From assembly GCF_040938485.1 (NCBI RefSeq), contig NW_027271292.1, positions 124,001-188,000 of the forward strand: a stretch of DNA of 64,000 nucleotides, in the 5' to 3' direction. The stretch comes from Diadema antillarum (Eukaryota). The position numbers and the translations under genes were made by a program. The notes beneath the pieces are model-generated. The model was not told the origin of the DNA, ran no database searches, and saw only the letters and a program-made list of their open reading frames with translations. Every line of letters starts with the position of its first letter. Position 1 is the first letter of the stretch. Shown piece after piece: positions 1-12,536 of the stretch.

Positions 1-89
1 TTGGTTGATATCCATCCATCTATAAGACATAAATGTAAAGTACCCAGTTATAAAGGTCGAAAGGTGTAAATCAATTCAAATGCCGATAC

Positions 90-395
90 CTGATCCTGAA
101 CACAAGATAGCGACCTCCTCAGAGTTACCACATCCCCCAGATTCTTTAAATGTACAAGATCGTAAGTGGGTGTAGTCTTTCGCGCACGAGAAGTATCCTT
201 TCAGAACCGGCAAGTCACTCGGGCTAACTTTGACCTCCCGGAGAAAGCCACCGTATCCTTTAGTATGGCAAACCAAGTTATAGAACTCGTAATCAGCTGG
301 TGTATCACACAAGGTGTACCACTGCTTGTCGGACTCGAAATAAATCTCTATTCTGCCCTCATATGAATGGTTTCCTCCGCGGAGTCGCACATCTC
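90..395 (-). CDS. Exon encoding one group-A-type SRCR (scavenger receptor cysteine-rich) domain; the gene continues off the left edge
   Basis: Translation DVRLRGGNHSYEGRIEIY...WYTLCD...LVCH...FSCAKDYTHLRSC...GCGNSEEVAILCS has the SRCR signature and 6 Cys. The acceptor (gatag|GA at 396/395) and donor (G|gtatcg at 90/89) give a 306-nt phase 1-1 exon, typical of SRCR exons. Confidence 0.9.
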
Positions 396-738
396 CTATC
401 AATTGGGAACAATGAAAAACATAGAAATGAAAACAAATCAACGCCCTAATCACACAACATAGAGAAAGACTAAGCTCTACGGACTTGTTACTCAAAGCAT
501 CCCGAAACGGTATAATGATAAAATAGATTGATATGCATTCATTCTTAATAGTTAATTCAAACAATGGGAACTGGGTACACCATAGTTGCTTTTGAATTGA
601 ATATAGAAAAGAAAATAAACTTTAACGCATGTTCTTGTAAAACGAACATTTTCATTGTAAGCTTTGGACTTTCATATTCTTTTACTGCAGGAGCACTTCC
701 ACTCGTACACACTCAAACACACATGTATAAAGTATCTA

Positions 739-872
739 CAGTAAACCTCGCATGAGTCGAAGCTCTCGGGACTGACGAAAATGCGTCGACTTAAGTGAAA
801 TTCGACTCTCGCGAGAGTCGATTTTTTTTCGACTCACAGTTATGTACATGTATTATAGTACATTTGCAGGCT

Positions 873-906
<34 letters not shown>

Positions 907-1654
907 CGTATGTGTGTTTGCATTCAAATTTGTCTGTTCTTGAAGATAATGCTCCTTTTTTATTCTAAATTGAACATGGAATTTGTATCAATACTAGTAG
1001 TTAAACGTAGTTCCGAGAATGTCTGCGCTGTAATGTGGCAATGTGCATGTGCTATGTCTATGGTGCAACATCTCTGTCAACCTACCTTGAGACAAACACT
1101 CTCCCAGGCCCATCCCACCTCCATTGAACAAAACTATTCAGCCAGCCAGGCACGCACAAACAAGCTCCGCCCACTTGGCCTGTCACTAAAATATTAAAGC
1201 AGCGATTGGTTGACCAAGAAGTTCTGGCTTGACATGGATAAAGTATGGATGTGCTGTGTGTATGGATAAAGTATATGGATCGATGTGCTGTGTGTATACA
1301 TGTATACATGTGTATGTATTCGACATGCGTGCAGAGCGGTACGGTGAGTGTGCATGCTTACCTGCAGCAGGCCAGGGACGGGGTTCTGCGACATGCCGAT
1401 TTTTTTTTTGTTCTCCTCTAAATGTAATGAGAATGCCAGACAAATCTTCTTCGGCTCAAGTGATGTAAACTACGTGTATTTTGTACAAAAGGGACTGAAT
1501 GTTTTACTTCGACACAGCCGAAATTCGACTCTCGTACTTCGGCTTATCCAAATATTTCTTAAAGAAAATACATAGGGAAAATCGGGACTTTTTATTTTGC
1601 TTCGAGTTAAGTGATTTTCGACTCACTCGACGTCGACTTATCCGAGGTTTACTG
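739..1654. mobile_element. Non-autonomous Tc1/pogo-type element (MITE) containing a (GT)n tract
   Basis: TA|CAGTAAACCTCG...CGAGGTTTACTG|TA: 12-bp perfect terminal inverted repeat (TIR) with TA on both sides. Confidence 0.8.
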
Positions 1655-3049
1655 TACTACTATAATACTCGAAGTTGTTGTTGTTGTCGTGGCCTTATGT
1701 ATTTCCTGTTTTATTCCGGCGTTGCTGGTTTGTCTATCTCCTCCCGAGCCGTCGGCTCCGGGCAGCTGCGACCGGTGCCGTCGGCTGCAGGAGAGTATCC
1801 TACATCGAATGGCGCGGGTTTCGTTCCCGCTCCGCCTCCGCGTCGACGTCGAGGACGAAAAAGAAAAATTAATTAGCTAGATGCATAATGCATTTTTGTG
1901 CGTGACGAAAGAGCCGAGCGTTTCAATATTCACCGATCCTGCGCTGGCCTCCTGCTTTCTCGATCGTCCATCTTTTAGCTTGCAGAGACATTGGGGGGAT
2001 ACTAAAGATGATGGTGCAGCGAAATCTCTGACATTTTCCGGCGGACGCGCACGCACACACACAATGTACCTCACATAACTCTACACACTCTACACTGTGT
2101 GTATTAGTTCTGTGATGTACCTTTGCCTCCGCCTGTTGTACGTGTATACGTAATGTATTGACGATGGTTACACGAAGCACTATATCTGCGTGCGTGTGAT
2201 ATGGACTACAAGGGCATTTACGTACAGTTCGCCATTGGCGTTCCTAAATGAAAACAACGAACGTTGTTATTTAATTGTATTTTGCACAACTGCAGAATAC
2301 TATGCAGCAGCTGCTCAGGTACGTCATTTAGTTTGCTCGCCGTTTGCTCTCAAGTCCGATGTCATTGTACGCAGACTGTTTAGGACGGCTAAATATATTT
2401 GCCGATCGTACCCTTCCATATCAGATTACAGGCGCAGCTGTGTCCATTCGTTTACTGCAAAGCTGCTGTAATCATACATATTCATAAGATGAGCGGACGT
2501 AGGGGAAAACCTCGCTTTGCCGACCGCCTATTTTTAAAATTACAAGTGGAAATAGAATGTGTGGTTCTATGGTCTATCAAACCAAGTCTTGGTGACAATA
2601 AAAAAAAAGAGGGAGCAAATGAAGACGAATATATATTCTTCTTTCTTCCATAACATGGGAAAAATATTTAAAAAAAAAACGAGGTCGTGAGACCCTACTC
2701 CCACGGGTGCCTATTAAACCTGATGACTATGATCTCCCCCATCCCAAATAACAACAATGATAATAATGATAATAATAATAACAATAATAGGAGCAATAAC
2801 TGTAGACCTAATATTAATTATGATAATGTATACAGTCTGAAGCAGATGATGGTTCTATGAGTTTGGGTGATTGAAAACAAAAAGGAGGGAGCAAATGAAG
2901 ACGAAAATATTTTATTTTTCCGCTCTCATAATAACGTGGGGAAAAGAAATATGAAAAAAAAAAAACATCAAACAAACCGAGGCCTTGAGACCAGCCGTGG
3001 ATTCCCGCGGGTGCCTGCGTGGATGCAAGAGCAGGGGGCAATCAAAGTC

Positions 3050-3521
3050 ATAGTGTTAATATCTTCCCGTTTCGACGGCAACAATCTGTGGGCAGAACTT
3101 ACGGGGAATCTCAGCGTTTTTGGTAATTTTCCCCGAATGTTTTTGTTTTTTGCCCTACGGAGGTGGAAATGTGTGTGCGCGTGACGGGGGGGGGGGGGGG
3201 GGAGGAGGAGGGGTGAGGGGCAACAAGACAATTGTTGGACTTCAACGGGTGTAAATAACCCCTCGAAACCCAAGTTCTATAATAAAAATAAGTAGTGGCA
3301 GGAATTATCCCTACCAATGGACCGGATCGCCGGGCACATACTACAAAAATGTATTACATGAATTAAATTTCTGGGAAGGGTGGTCATTTAGAAGACAGCA
3401 CAATTAACGAAAGAATGAGAAGACTTTTCTTTTTATTTCTTCAATAAAAATGTGCAAAATCGTATTATGAGAAAAAAAAATAAAACCCCTCAGACCCGTG
3501 GATTTCCACGGGTGCTGCTAG
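3050..3521 (+). mobile_element. Non-autonomous Helitron-like element; 3' end defined, 5' end approximate
   Basis: Hairpin ACCCGTGG-attt-CCACGGGT (3494-3513) followed by CTAG (3518-3521) and then T, the canonical Helitron 3' terminus. Confidence 0.6.
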
Positions 3522-3773
3522 TTGTATTATAAACGCTGGCTGAGCACAATGTTTACATTTCTTGCTTTTCCTATGATTGATTACCTCTGAAATCCAAAGT
3601 CTGCATAGAGGTGTTACGTGCAAGAAAATGCAATAAAAAGACAAAATAACACAAACACACGCTTACATAGGCTAGAAAAAAAAAACACCCGAAAGATGTT
3701 TTTGCTGGCTCACTCTGCCAGTATTTTGGTTTTTTGAATAGCGAAATGCAAAATAGAATAGTACTATACCCAC

Positions 3774-3849
3774 GCAGTGGCACGCACGCACTACTGCTGA
3801 TGATCAAGAGAGATGTGACGACTACAATACATTCCAAGGATTCAACCAT
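3774..3849 (-). CDS. Candidate signal-peptide first exon of the SRCR gene
   Basis: aaagccATG context; MVESLECIVVVTSLLIISSSACVPL; phase-1 donor C|gtgggt compatible with the phase-1 SRCR exon. Confidence 0.45.
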
Positions 3850-4393
3850 GGCTTTGACTTCCCTGTCTGCCTTCTCCCTCTTACATTTATTGTCTGAGTA
3901 TGCTTTAACTGTCTGTGTATGAACATTATGTTTTTAAGTAGGGGAAGGAGAGAAAGGAAGAATAGCAGCAAAAAGGATCACTCACATCGTCAAGATTGGT
4001 AGGTATCCTTATACACTTTACGTGCTGTTTCAATTTATACCATGCAGCGTCTCCTATGTTTGATATATCAGACTACAAAATCTTAGAAGATTTATTTTGA
4101 AAAAAGAAAGAAAAGAAATTACACCAACACAAATAAATGAATCAAAACTTTAAAAATTGATCAGTAAATGTGGTGTCTAACTAAATCAATAGGGCTAAGG
4201 GCCAGGGCTTAAAAACGTGAGAACAAAATAATAATAGTCCCATAAGGTGGCTACAACCCCACCCAAATGACGCTTACTGGGCCACTGTACCGTATAGGCT
4301 ACAGCTTATATTCTGCAGTGTGCAGGTATACTGCAACCACCAGTAGCTGCATTCCAATACAACATCGAAAATAATGCTCTATAAGTCAGTTGA

Positions 4394-4727
4394 AGGGTGT
4401 GTACTGTTCTGGTTGAGGTGAGGATTTAGCTTTTAACGTTTTGCGAGATATTCAGAAATCACTCTATGAGATATCACAGAGCATGCAATTCTAAGGGGTA
4501 TCAAAAGTTTATTTGATGAAAATCGGTTTTGAAATGGCCGAGATATCCAAAATCAAGGTGAAACAAAGAGATCCTAATTAAAGGCGAGGCCTGTCGCCTT
4601 TTATTATTATCACTTTTTTGGATATCTCAGCCATTTGAAAACCAATTTTCATAAAATAAACGTTGAATCCTTCTTAGAATTGCATGCTCTTTCATATTTC
4701 ATAAGAGGTTTCTCATTATCTCACTTA
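4394..4727. mobile_element. Partial copy of a TTAA-flanked (Kolobok-like) MITE family also at 38577-38941 and 61971-62151
   Basis: Shares gaggatttagcttttaac, gatgaaaatcggttt and accaattttcat..aataaa..tgaatcc with the 38577 copy; right end missing. Confidence 0.65.
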
Positions 4728-5161
4728 GGAATAATAATAATAATTGACAGTGCTTATATAGCGCATAACACATAGTGATAATGTCCCTATGCACTCAAAA
4801 AATGTTATGTTATGATAATGAAAATGAATGTTATGATAAACCTGAATCCCCACCTCAAGCAGTGCTGTACAGTCCCTTTAACCCAACAAACCATTCAGCG
4901 GTGTATAGGAAGGTTTCAGGAAGTGAGCGCTGAGTAATACCGGACTCTCAATACCGTTGTGTACGTTAAATGCAATGTGTTCAAGGTATCAAACATAGCT
5001 AACTAAGAATAAACAAGTGTAACTAAAATACATGTAAAGCGTCAATAGTGTTCATACTTTACTGAATGCCTTCAATGTGCAATAGAATATGACTTAGGTG
5101 ACTATATAACAGATCCAAACATAAGGAAAACTACACTGTTGTATATGGTAGGCGTACTTAC

Positions 5162-5306
5162 GATCTTGCGGCTTCTGCTCAAAGGGCTTTGGCTTCATAA
5201 TTTCATTTTCAGCAGAAATGTATGAGATACTACAAAGTAGTAGGATGACTGCAACTGCTGCATTTCGCAACAAGAAAGAGAGGGTGGAAGATTTGTTAGT
5301 AGACAT
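5162..5306 (-). CDS. Candidate signal-peptide first coding exon, probably of the SRCR gene
   Basis: caaATG; MSTNKSSTLSFLLRNAAVAVILLLCSISYISAENEIMKPKPFEQKPQD; consensus phase-1 donor C|gtaagt. Confidence 0.6.
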
Positions 5307-5526
5307 TTGGTTGTCCCGAGGCGTCAAGCTTTTAAGAGTCAAAAAACGAAACATACTCAGCACCATAGTCCTATTGTAAGTGACATTTTTGATGATAGCG
5401 GCCTCCAATACAGCGATACTAAGTATAGTGTGCAGAGCATGCAGAGGGCGGTAAGCTTGAAATATGTTCGCCTGGGAGAACGTGAATGGGAATTCCCTAC
5501 AAAACTTGTTCATACACCTCATATAC

Positions 5527-5650
5527 TAGTCTGGTTTCCAGACCCTTTGCCGAAGGCAAATCGACCTAAACCTACACCAGTTTCGACCTTGAGGGCGTCA
5601 ATATCTTGTATAGCAAAATAGTAAGAGCAGAGGGTCTGGAAGCCAGACTA
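5527..5650. mobile_element. 124-bp mini inverted-repeat element with self-palindromic arms
   Basis: TAGTCTGGTTTCCAGACCCT ... AGGGTCTGGAAGCCAGACTA (19/20 inverted match); no clear TSD. Confidence 0.6.
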
Positions 5651-5853
5651 CTCGTATACACGACGCACACGACGCACCACATTATTTTGCTCAAAACACT
5701 GTTATCTATTCTGGCCCTAATAGAATTTGGAATAACTTGTCAATTGATGTAAAATCTCCCCTCATTCTCTGTATTCAGGTAGAGACTAAAAAGAAACCTC
5801 CTTGCATCTTAATATGTTGACTGACTATGACTATTATGTGGCATAGTGGCTCC

Positions 5854-6416
5854 CATGGGCGTAAATCCCGGGGAGGGGGATGGGGGGATATATCCCCCCC
5901 CCCCCCCCCCCGAAGTGGAGCAGGGGGGGGGGGGGGATGGCCTGTACAATCATCCCCCCCCCCCCCTGAAATTTGAGGGGAAAAATGGAGGAAGCAGAAA
6001 TGTGATTGTATTAATTTTGGCATATTGCATGACGTTCGTACGCCCGCCTCCAGACAGGTAACAGAGCTGAACAGTCTTGTAGGATAATGTATACATAATT
6101 TTCTCAAGCGCTCGCTCGCTTCGCTCGCTCGCAAAGACAGTAATATCGACATAAGGTATATGGCCTAGATGTTGACAACGTCAAATAGTATAGGCCTACA
6201 TATAAGCATGTAAATCCAAAATTTCACCAAAAGTGTGCACCAGATCGCTTAATTTCAGGTCTGAAAATGCAAAATCTTCCTCGTCTCAGAGGGGGGGGGG
6301 GGGGTATCCCCCCTCCCACACCCTCCCCCCACTCGGTCGCTCCGCTCCCTCGCACAGATATTCCAACTCCAAGTCCCTCCCCCACCCACCATCATTAAAA
6401 CAGAACGATGCCCCTG
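5854..6416. repeat. Dispersed non-autonomous element with poly-C/G tracts
   Basis: Starts CATGGGCGTAAATCC, ends GATGCCCCTG (weak inverted match). Contains the motif aattttctcaagcgctcgctcgcttcgctcgctcgca, shared with the 7.5-9.1 kb array. Confidence 0.4.
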
Positions 6417-7471
6417 GGATGATTGCTTTATTGACTTAAATCAAGAAAATAGAAAAATACAATACCTACAGGAAGATGATACCGGTACGTTATTACATAC
6501 AAAGAAATGGAGATCCATATTACCATTTTATTGCATATGGGCATTATTCAGGGCTATGCTACGTTTTTAAAGAGGGGGGGGGGGGTCAAAATCACCTGTC
6601 AGTCAAGAAGAAAGAAAATCAAAAGATAAGAGAAACAACAAAAAAATTCTTCGTTCTTTCAAGGTCTGATTTTCCACCAGAAGTCGGCTGACAAGCAAAA
6701 GAAAAGAAAAAAAAACCCAAACAAACAAAAACAAAAACAAAAAGTCTTCATATTTTTGCTGCCACTTCCCTCATACTTTATGTTTCATGCAAAAGAGTGG
6801 TACATTCGATCCCTGTTAAGTGTGTGTGTGTGGGGGGGGGGGCGCCAAGCTTCCCCCCCCCCCCGTCCGCTGGTAAAAAAAAAGAATAAAAAGCTTACCA
6901 AAATGGTAATTCAAGGGTTAGTAAACTGCTTTTGAAATCGACATGAAAGAGGGATCAAGAAATAAGATATTTTTCTAAGATTTCTTTTAACGATAATTAA
7001 AGAGGTATAGCGTGAAACATTGTTCAAAAAGTCCGGAGCCGACAAAATATTGCGATTCAGCGTGATTCCTGGTTGGCATTCTGAATATAAGCAGGATGTG
7101 CGCAGTGTACTCAGAACATCCGAACGGCAACAAGAGTCGCTGCAATGTTGCGCAATGTGATGTAGAATGTACACCTTTGTACCTTGCGCTTCGTTATATC
7201 AAAGCTAGATCATTAATGATTTTGCAGTGTTGCTTTACATATTAGTCTATATCAAAATGCCTTGCATTGCCAATAATAAGATTTGACCTGGGCTATTTCC
7301 TAACTTTTTCATGTATATAAAACACACACACACACACAAACACAAACAATAATATTAGAGGATGTTCTAAAGTGCAGATTTTGGATATCCTTCCCCCATT
7401 TGGTCACTTCGACGCCCCCTCGCTGGTCATACCTCCCCAAATCATGAACATAAACTGACACCCTCGACTAC

Positions 7472-9116
7472 CAGTGGCGGATCCGCCCCCCCCCCCTCTT
7501 AATTTCCAAAGCGAAAAAATATAGCTACAAAAGGCAGTTTTTGGACTGCAAAATGTCACAATTTTCAAGCTCGCTCGCTCCGCTCGATCGCATTTAATCG
7601 CTATGTCATTCTCCTGATGTTGCTGCCAATAATTGCCAGCAGTTGCGCCCTGTGCGCCCCCCTTATTCCAAAGTATAGCTACAAACGGCAGTTTTGAGAC
7701 TGGAAAATGTCAAAATTTTCAAGCTCGCTTGCTCCGCTCGCTCGCATTTAATCGTTATGCTGTTCTCCTGAGGTCACTGCCAGTAATTGACACCAGTTGC
7801 CCCCGTTGCACCCCCCCCCCCCTTAATTTCCAAAGTCAAAAAAGAATAGCTACAAACAGCAGTTTTGGGACTGTAAAATGTCAAAATTTTCAAGCTCACT
7901 CGCATTTAATCGCTATGCCATTCTCCTGATGTTGGTACCAGTAATTGCCAGCAGTTGCGCCCGGTGCGCCCCCCCCCCCCTTAATTTCCAAAGTGAAAAA
8001 TTACAGCTACACAAACGGCAGTTTTTGGACTGTAAAATGTCAAAATTTTCAAGCTCACTCGCTACGCTCGCTGGCATATAATCGTTATGTCATTCTCCTA
8101 ATGTTGCTGCCAGTAATTGCCAGCAGTTGCACCCGGTGCGCCCCCCCCCCCCTTAATTTTCAAAGCGAAAAAATATAGCTACAACCGGCAGTTTTGGGAC
8201 TGTAAGATGTAAAAATTTTCAAGCTCGCTCGCATATAATCGTTATGTCATTCTCCTAATGTTGCTGCCAGTAATTGCCAGCAGTTGCACCCGGTGCGCCC
8301 ACCCCCTTAATTTTCAAAGCGAAAAAATATAGCTACAACCGGCAGTTTCGGGACTGTAAAATGTCAAAATTTTCAAGCTCGCTCGATTCGCTCGCTCGCA
8401 TATAATCGTTATGTCATTCTCCTGATGTCGCTGCCAGTAATTGCCAGCAGTTGCGTCCGGTGCGCCCCCCCCCCCCCCCCCTAATTTCCAAAGCGAAAAA
8501 ATACAGCTACACAAGCGACAGTTTGGGGACAGTAAAATGTCGAAATTTTTATGCTCGCTCGCTTCGCTCGCTCGCATTAATCGTGATGTCATTCTCCTGA
8601 TGTTGCTGCCAGTAATTGCCAGCAGTTGCGCCCGGTGCGCCCCCTTAATTTCCAAAGCGAAAAAATATATCTACAAAAGGCAGTTTTTTTACTGTAAAAT
8701 GTCAAAATTTTGAAGCTCGCTCGCATTTAATCGTTATGCCATTCTCCTGATGTTGCTGCCAGTAATTGCCAGCAGTTGCGCCCGGTGCGCCCCCTTAATT
8801 TCCAAAGCGAAAAAATATATCTACAAAAGGCAGTTTTTTTACTGTAAAATGTCAAAATTTTGAAGCTCGCTCGCATTTAATCGTTATGCCATTCTCCTGA
8901 TGTTGCTGCCAGTAATTGTCAGCAGCAGTTGCGCCCGGTGCGTCCCCCCCCCCCCCCCTTCATTTCCAAAGCGAAAAAATATATAGCTACAAACGGCAGT
9001 TTTGGAATTGTAAAATGTCAAAATTTTCAAGCTCGCTCGCTTCGCTCGCTCGCATTTAATCGTTATGCCATTCTACTAGGATGTTGCTGCCAGTAATTGC
9101 CAGCAGTTTGCGCCCA
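7472..9116 (+). repeat. Tandem array of about 10 units of 140-190 bp, beginning at a CAGTGGCGGATCC transposon-like end
   Basis: Repeated unit cccc-ttaatttccaaagcgaaaaaatatagctacaa...aaaatgtcaaaattttcaagctcgctcgc...ctcctgatgttgctgccagtaattgccagcagttgcgcccggtgcg. The units at about 8641 and 8781 are nearly identical. Confidence 0.9.
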
Positions 9117-9491
9117 TAATCCATAAGGAAAAAATGACTGCGCAGTGGAATGTATCACATTCCGTTATGTACTGCAGTCCCCATTACAGTTTCCAGACTG
9201 ACAGCACACGCACATACGCGCACACACATACACACGCACGCACGCACAAGCATGCATACACACCCTCAAAATTACTTTTCCACGAGGTGCCCCCCCCCCC
9301 CCCCCATGTCTTGACCAACCCGCCACGGTACGCCACTGGCTGCACCCGTCCGGTTATGGGCTTGTAATCGTGGTGATGGTAACTATCGCCGATCATCCCC
9401 CCACTCCTCAGCACGGATTTACGCCGTTGGTGGCTCCGCCCACTTTTTTTTTGCACCATACATAGGGTGTCACCACAAGCTTTGTGCTTCT

Positions 9492-9519
<28 letters not shown>

Positions 9520-9522
<3 letters not shown>

Positions 9523-10035
9523 TTTTTTTAACCCGAAACTTTGACCTTTGACTTTTGACCTCCTAACCCAAAATTCATATTTTGCTCTCTAACTTCATGT
9601 AAAAACAGTCCCTGAAATCCGATTACCCGTCCTTGTGTTATTGGGAGATTAAGCTTATTATGTCCTTTATGGCCCCAATGATCTTTGACCCTTGATCTCA
9701 TGACCCCCAAATTAAATTGAGTCTTCTAAATTCATTATAAACACACACTTAGCAATGTTATTGAAAATCCAAACATAGATTTATTCTCATATATTGGGAG
9801 ATTATTTCACACCTATAACCCTATAATCCCTATGATTTTGACCTTTACCCTCATGAACCCGAATTTAGTCGTTTCTTTCTTATCTCATTATAAACACACC
9901 TTGCAAACTTGGTGAAAATTCGTTCATATCTTGTACACAAGCAGAGAGACAGACATACAAACGTACGGAACCGAAAACATAACCTCCGCCGACCGTATAT
10001 AGGTTTCACCTACTGTCTATGGGGGAGGTGATAAT
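9520..10035 (+). mobile_element. Probable non-autonomous rolling-circle (Helentron/DINE-like) repeat
   Basis: tgacctttgac...tgacccc motifs and an end structure acataacctccgcc...gggggaggtgataat resembling such families; assignment is by resemblance only. Confidence 0.35.
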
Positions 10036-12536
10036 GATCACCAAGAATTCTCTGTATAACACATATAGGCTTTACATACGAGTAGTTATGGGAGTTTTAA
10101 TAGATTCGTTTCTCAATTGGTAACCAGTGAAGTTTGCATATTTTGATTGTCTGGAGTACTGCAAAGCTGCATGGAAATAATATGAACAGCAGAAATCCCG
10201 TGTTCGATACCTTTTTTTCTCTTCGTTTATAGTGATTTACTATCAGTATTCAGTGCGATTAAAGGTCCCAGTTCGGACTCAAAAGGTCTTTTTGCCTTTT
10301 GGTTTCAAGCTCATGGGCTGTATATGACGCGAGAACTGTTTGACTTATGAATCTTTTTTCAGTGTCGAACTCGTGGGCCGTGACTCGTGGGTGTTGGTCT
10401 CATGGAGTGACCCCGTTACCTTGTATCTTGTACCTATAGTACGCCCTTATGTGTTAGATGGTGGCAATTAGATTGACATTATAAAGTGAAAACGATGACT
10501 GCAGTAATTTGATGCTCAAGGGAGATCTAGGGTGATTTTCAGACTTTTACATTTTTGAATATCTGTGAAGTGGTTATACCGGGTACAGATATCATAATAC
10601 TCGACTAACATCTCATGTACTCCTTCACATTCAACACCAGAAAGTGATCAACCTGAAAGAGGTGGTTGGTATCTTCAGCAACACAAATGCAAGGATGATG
10701 CTGAACTTGGTATAGATAACATACAATTCAGTATATTCTAGGTACGAAGAGAGACCACGTCAAAGACAGCACTATACCAGGAGCACAAGTCATAGGTGCG
10801 GGGGGGGGGGGGTATACTTACAGAGAATTGTCTCTCTTTTCCAAAAACACAATTACTTTTGAACAATTAATAGTAATATTGAATATGATTATAGAAAGAT
10901 ATACTAATTCCAATTTTGGGCCCTCTTTCCATGAAAGCTTAATTACGCGCCTGATAATAATAACGGTGATAATAGTTATATTTGTGCTGTGGGTAATGTT
11001 TGTGCTGTGGATTTTATATTCCAACTCCAACATCCAGATCATCATTAAGTGTCAATGAAAATACTAATACACAAATATTTTCCTACGTACTAGTTCAGGC
11101 ATAGTGAATAGTATGTTTTCCTGATCTCAACAACAAACCAGAGAAATAATTATGTGCTTGTTTGCTCTATTCTATAAAGAATCAAAATCTGAGGAAAATG
11201 TACATTTTCTATATTCGGCGTTTTACTGTTCTGACATCCTCGCAAATTGTATTAAAGCTTTCACCTGTACAGGGAGAAACGAAAATTACTAAAAGCTTAA
11301 GAATATTCAAAACAGATGAACAAGTTGTCAGACTTTCTAATATTACAGCATGAACCTATTCTAATTTTTCTTCATTCACTGCATCCAATTCTCCTGGTGC
11401 TCTAGTGTGAGTTTAGGTAAACTTTCCCCCTGCGAATGGAGAATAAAACCCCAATAAAATTATGTTTTATGTGGATTGACTGACAGCTCACGGACTATAG
11501 CAATAATAGGGCCCGTGAGTAAAGTTTAAAGAAAAGCGAACATTCGTTAAAGGGGTACGGTTTTTTTGTTTTGTTTTGGGGGGGGGGGGGGGGGGGGTGA
11601 GGGGTTTACGTTTTGGTGCCACCATTGCTAGAATGACAACCATCATATCCCCTGTTGAGGCCTCTTATACCAGAATGTGTGTGTGTGTACATTGTATTTT
11701 TGTGTGCATAGAGTGCTGTCTTTTGACCTATCAGTATACTCATATTACTCAAAATCTGCCTCTATCCAATAATAGACTTAAATGTTTTGGTGGTATTTTC
11801 CTCACTTTCGGACTGCCTAGCTAGCTCGCGGCCTCATGACTGTTGTATCTAACACCTACCTCAACACGGTGACAGTAACTTATAGACCATCATTCTACTC
11901 GTGAAAGTCTACAAAAATAAAATGGAGATCTATTTAACTCCAACCAAACGTTATGAAAATATTTCCTCATAAATCATGTTACGTATACCTTTTAAGACAT
12001 TAATATCAACATGGTATAAAGGCACCATCTATTTAAACGGGAGAACAAAAAAAAAACTTTAACAAGCCTATAAGTACGGATTTCAAGCTGCTATTTACTT
12101 ATTGCATGATAACATTTCTACGGTGAAAATACCCCTTGATGCACTACCTTTTGGATATATATGTCCCGTGACAAGTGTTGCAAACGTATAGTATACATTA
12201 CCCCAAAGGAGGACTGTTTTATAGATTGTATGTTTTAACCAAAAACGTGTACCTAGGGATACGTGTGTGTGTGTCGGGGGGGGGGGGGGGTCTCCTCCTA
12301 CTCCCCCTTGTTGGGACTCGCACCTCATGTTGACTGGCCAGAGACACGCAGGGAGGTCACCTCCGACACATGCATTTTTCTATGGCCTTCCGGTGCATGA
12401 TCAATGACTAATTTATTATATAAAAACCTTATCCTATAATTCGAGAAACGAGGACATTCATATTTTCTATTTTCAAAGAAATCAATAATATGCGACCCAT
12501 AAATAGCGAATTCACTTGACAAGTATGATGCGTTAA

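Noticed and set aside
874-1468. Several 65-107 aa ORFs (MCVCVCVC..., HTHST... repeats)
   Set aside because: They are translations of (GT)n and short tandem repeats inside the 739-1654 MITE.
1499-1876. ORF ending in an NLS-like PPPRRRRGRKRK
   Set aside because: It starts inside the MITE, has no recognisable domain or splice support, and the basic tail comes from a GC-rich palindrome (cgtcgacgtcga) plus an A-run.
7472-9116. CRISPR-like or protein-repeat interpretation of the tandem array
   Set aside because: There are no unique spacers, the context is eukaryotic, and the ORFs are frame-broken by variable poly-C runs.
10641-10795. Two apparent phase 1-1 plus-strand exons (ESDQPERGGWYLQQHKCKDDAELG; TKRDHVKDSTIPGAQVIG)
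   Set aside because: The intervening intron would be only 32 nt, no family similarity was recognised and no host gene was found.
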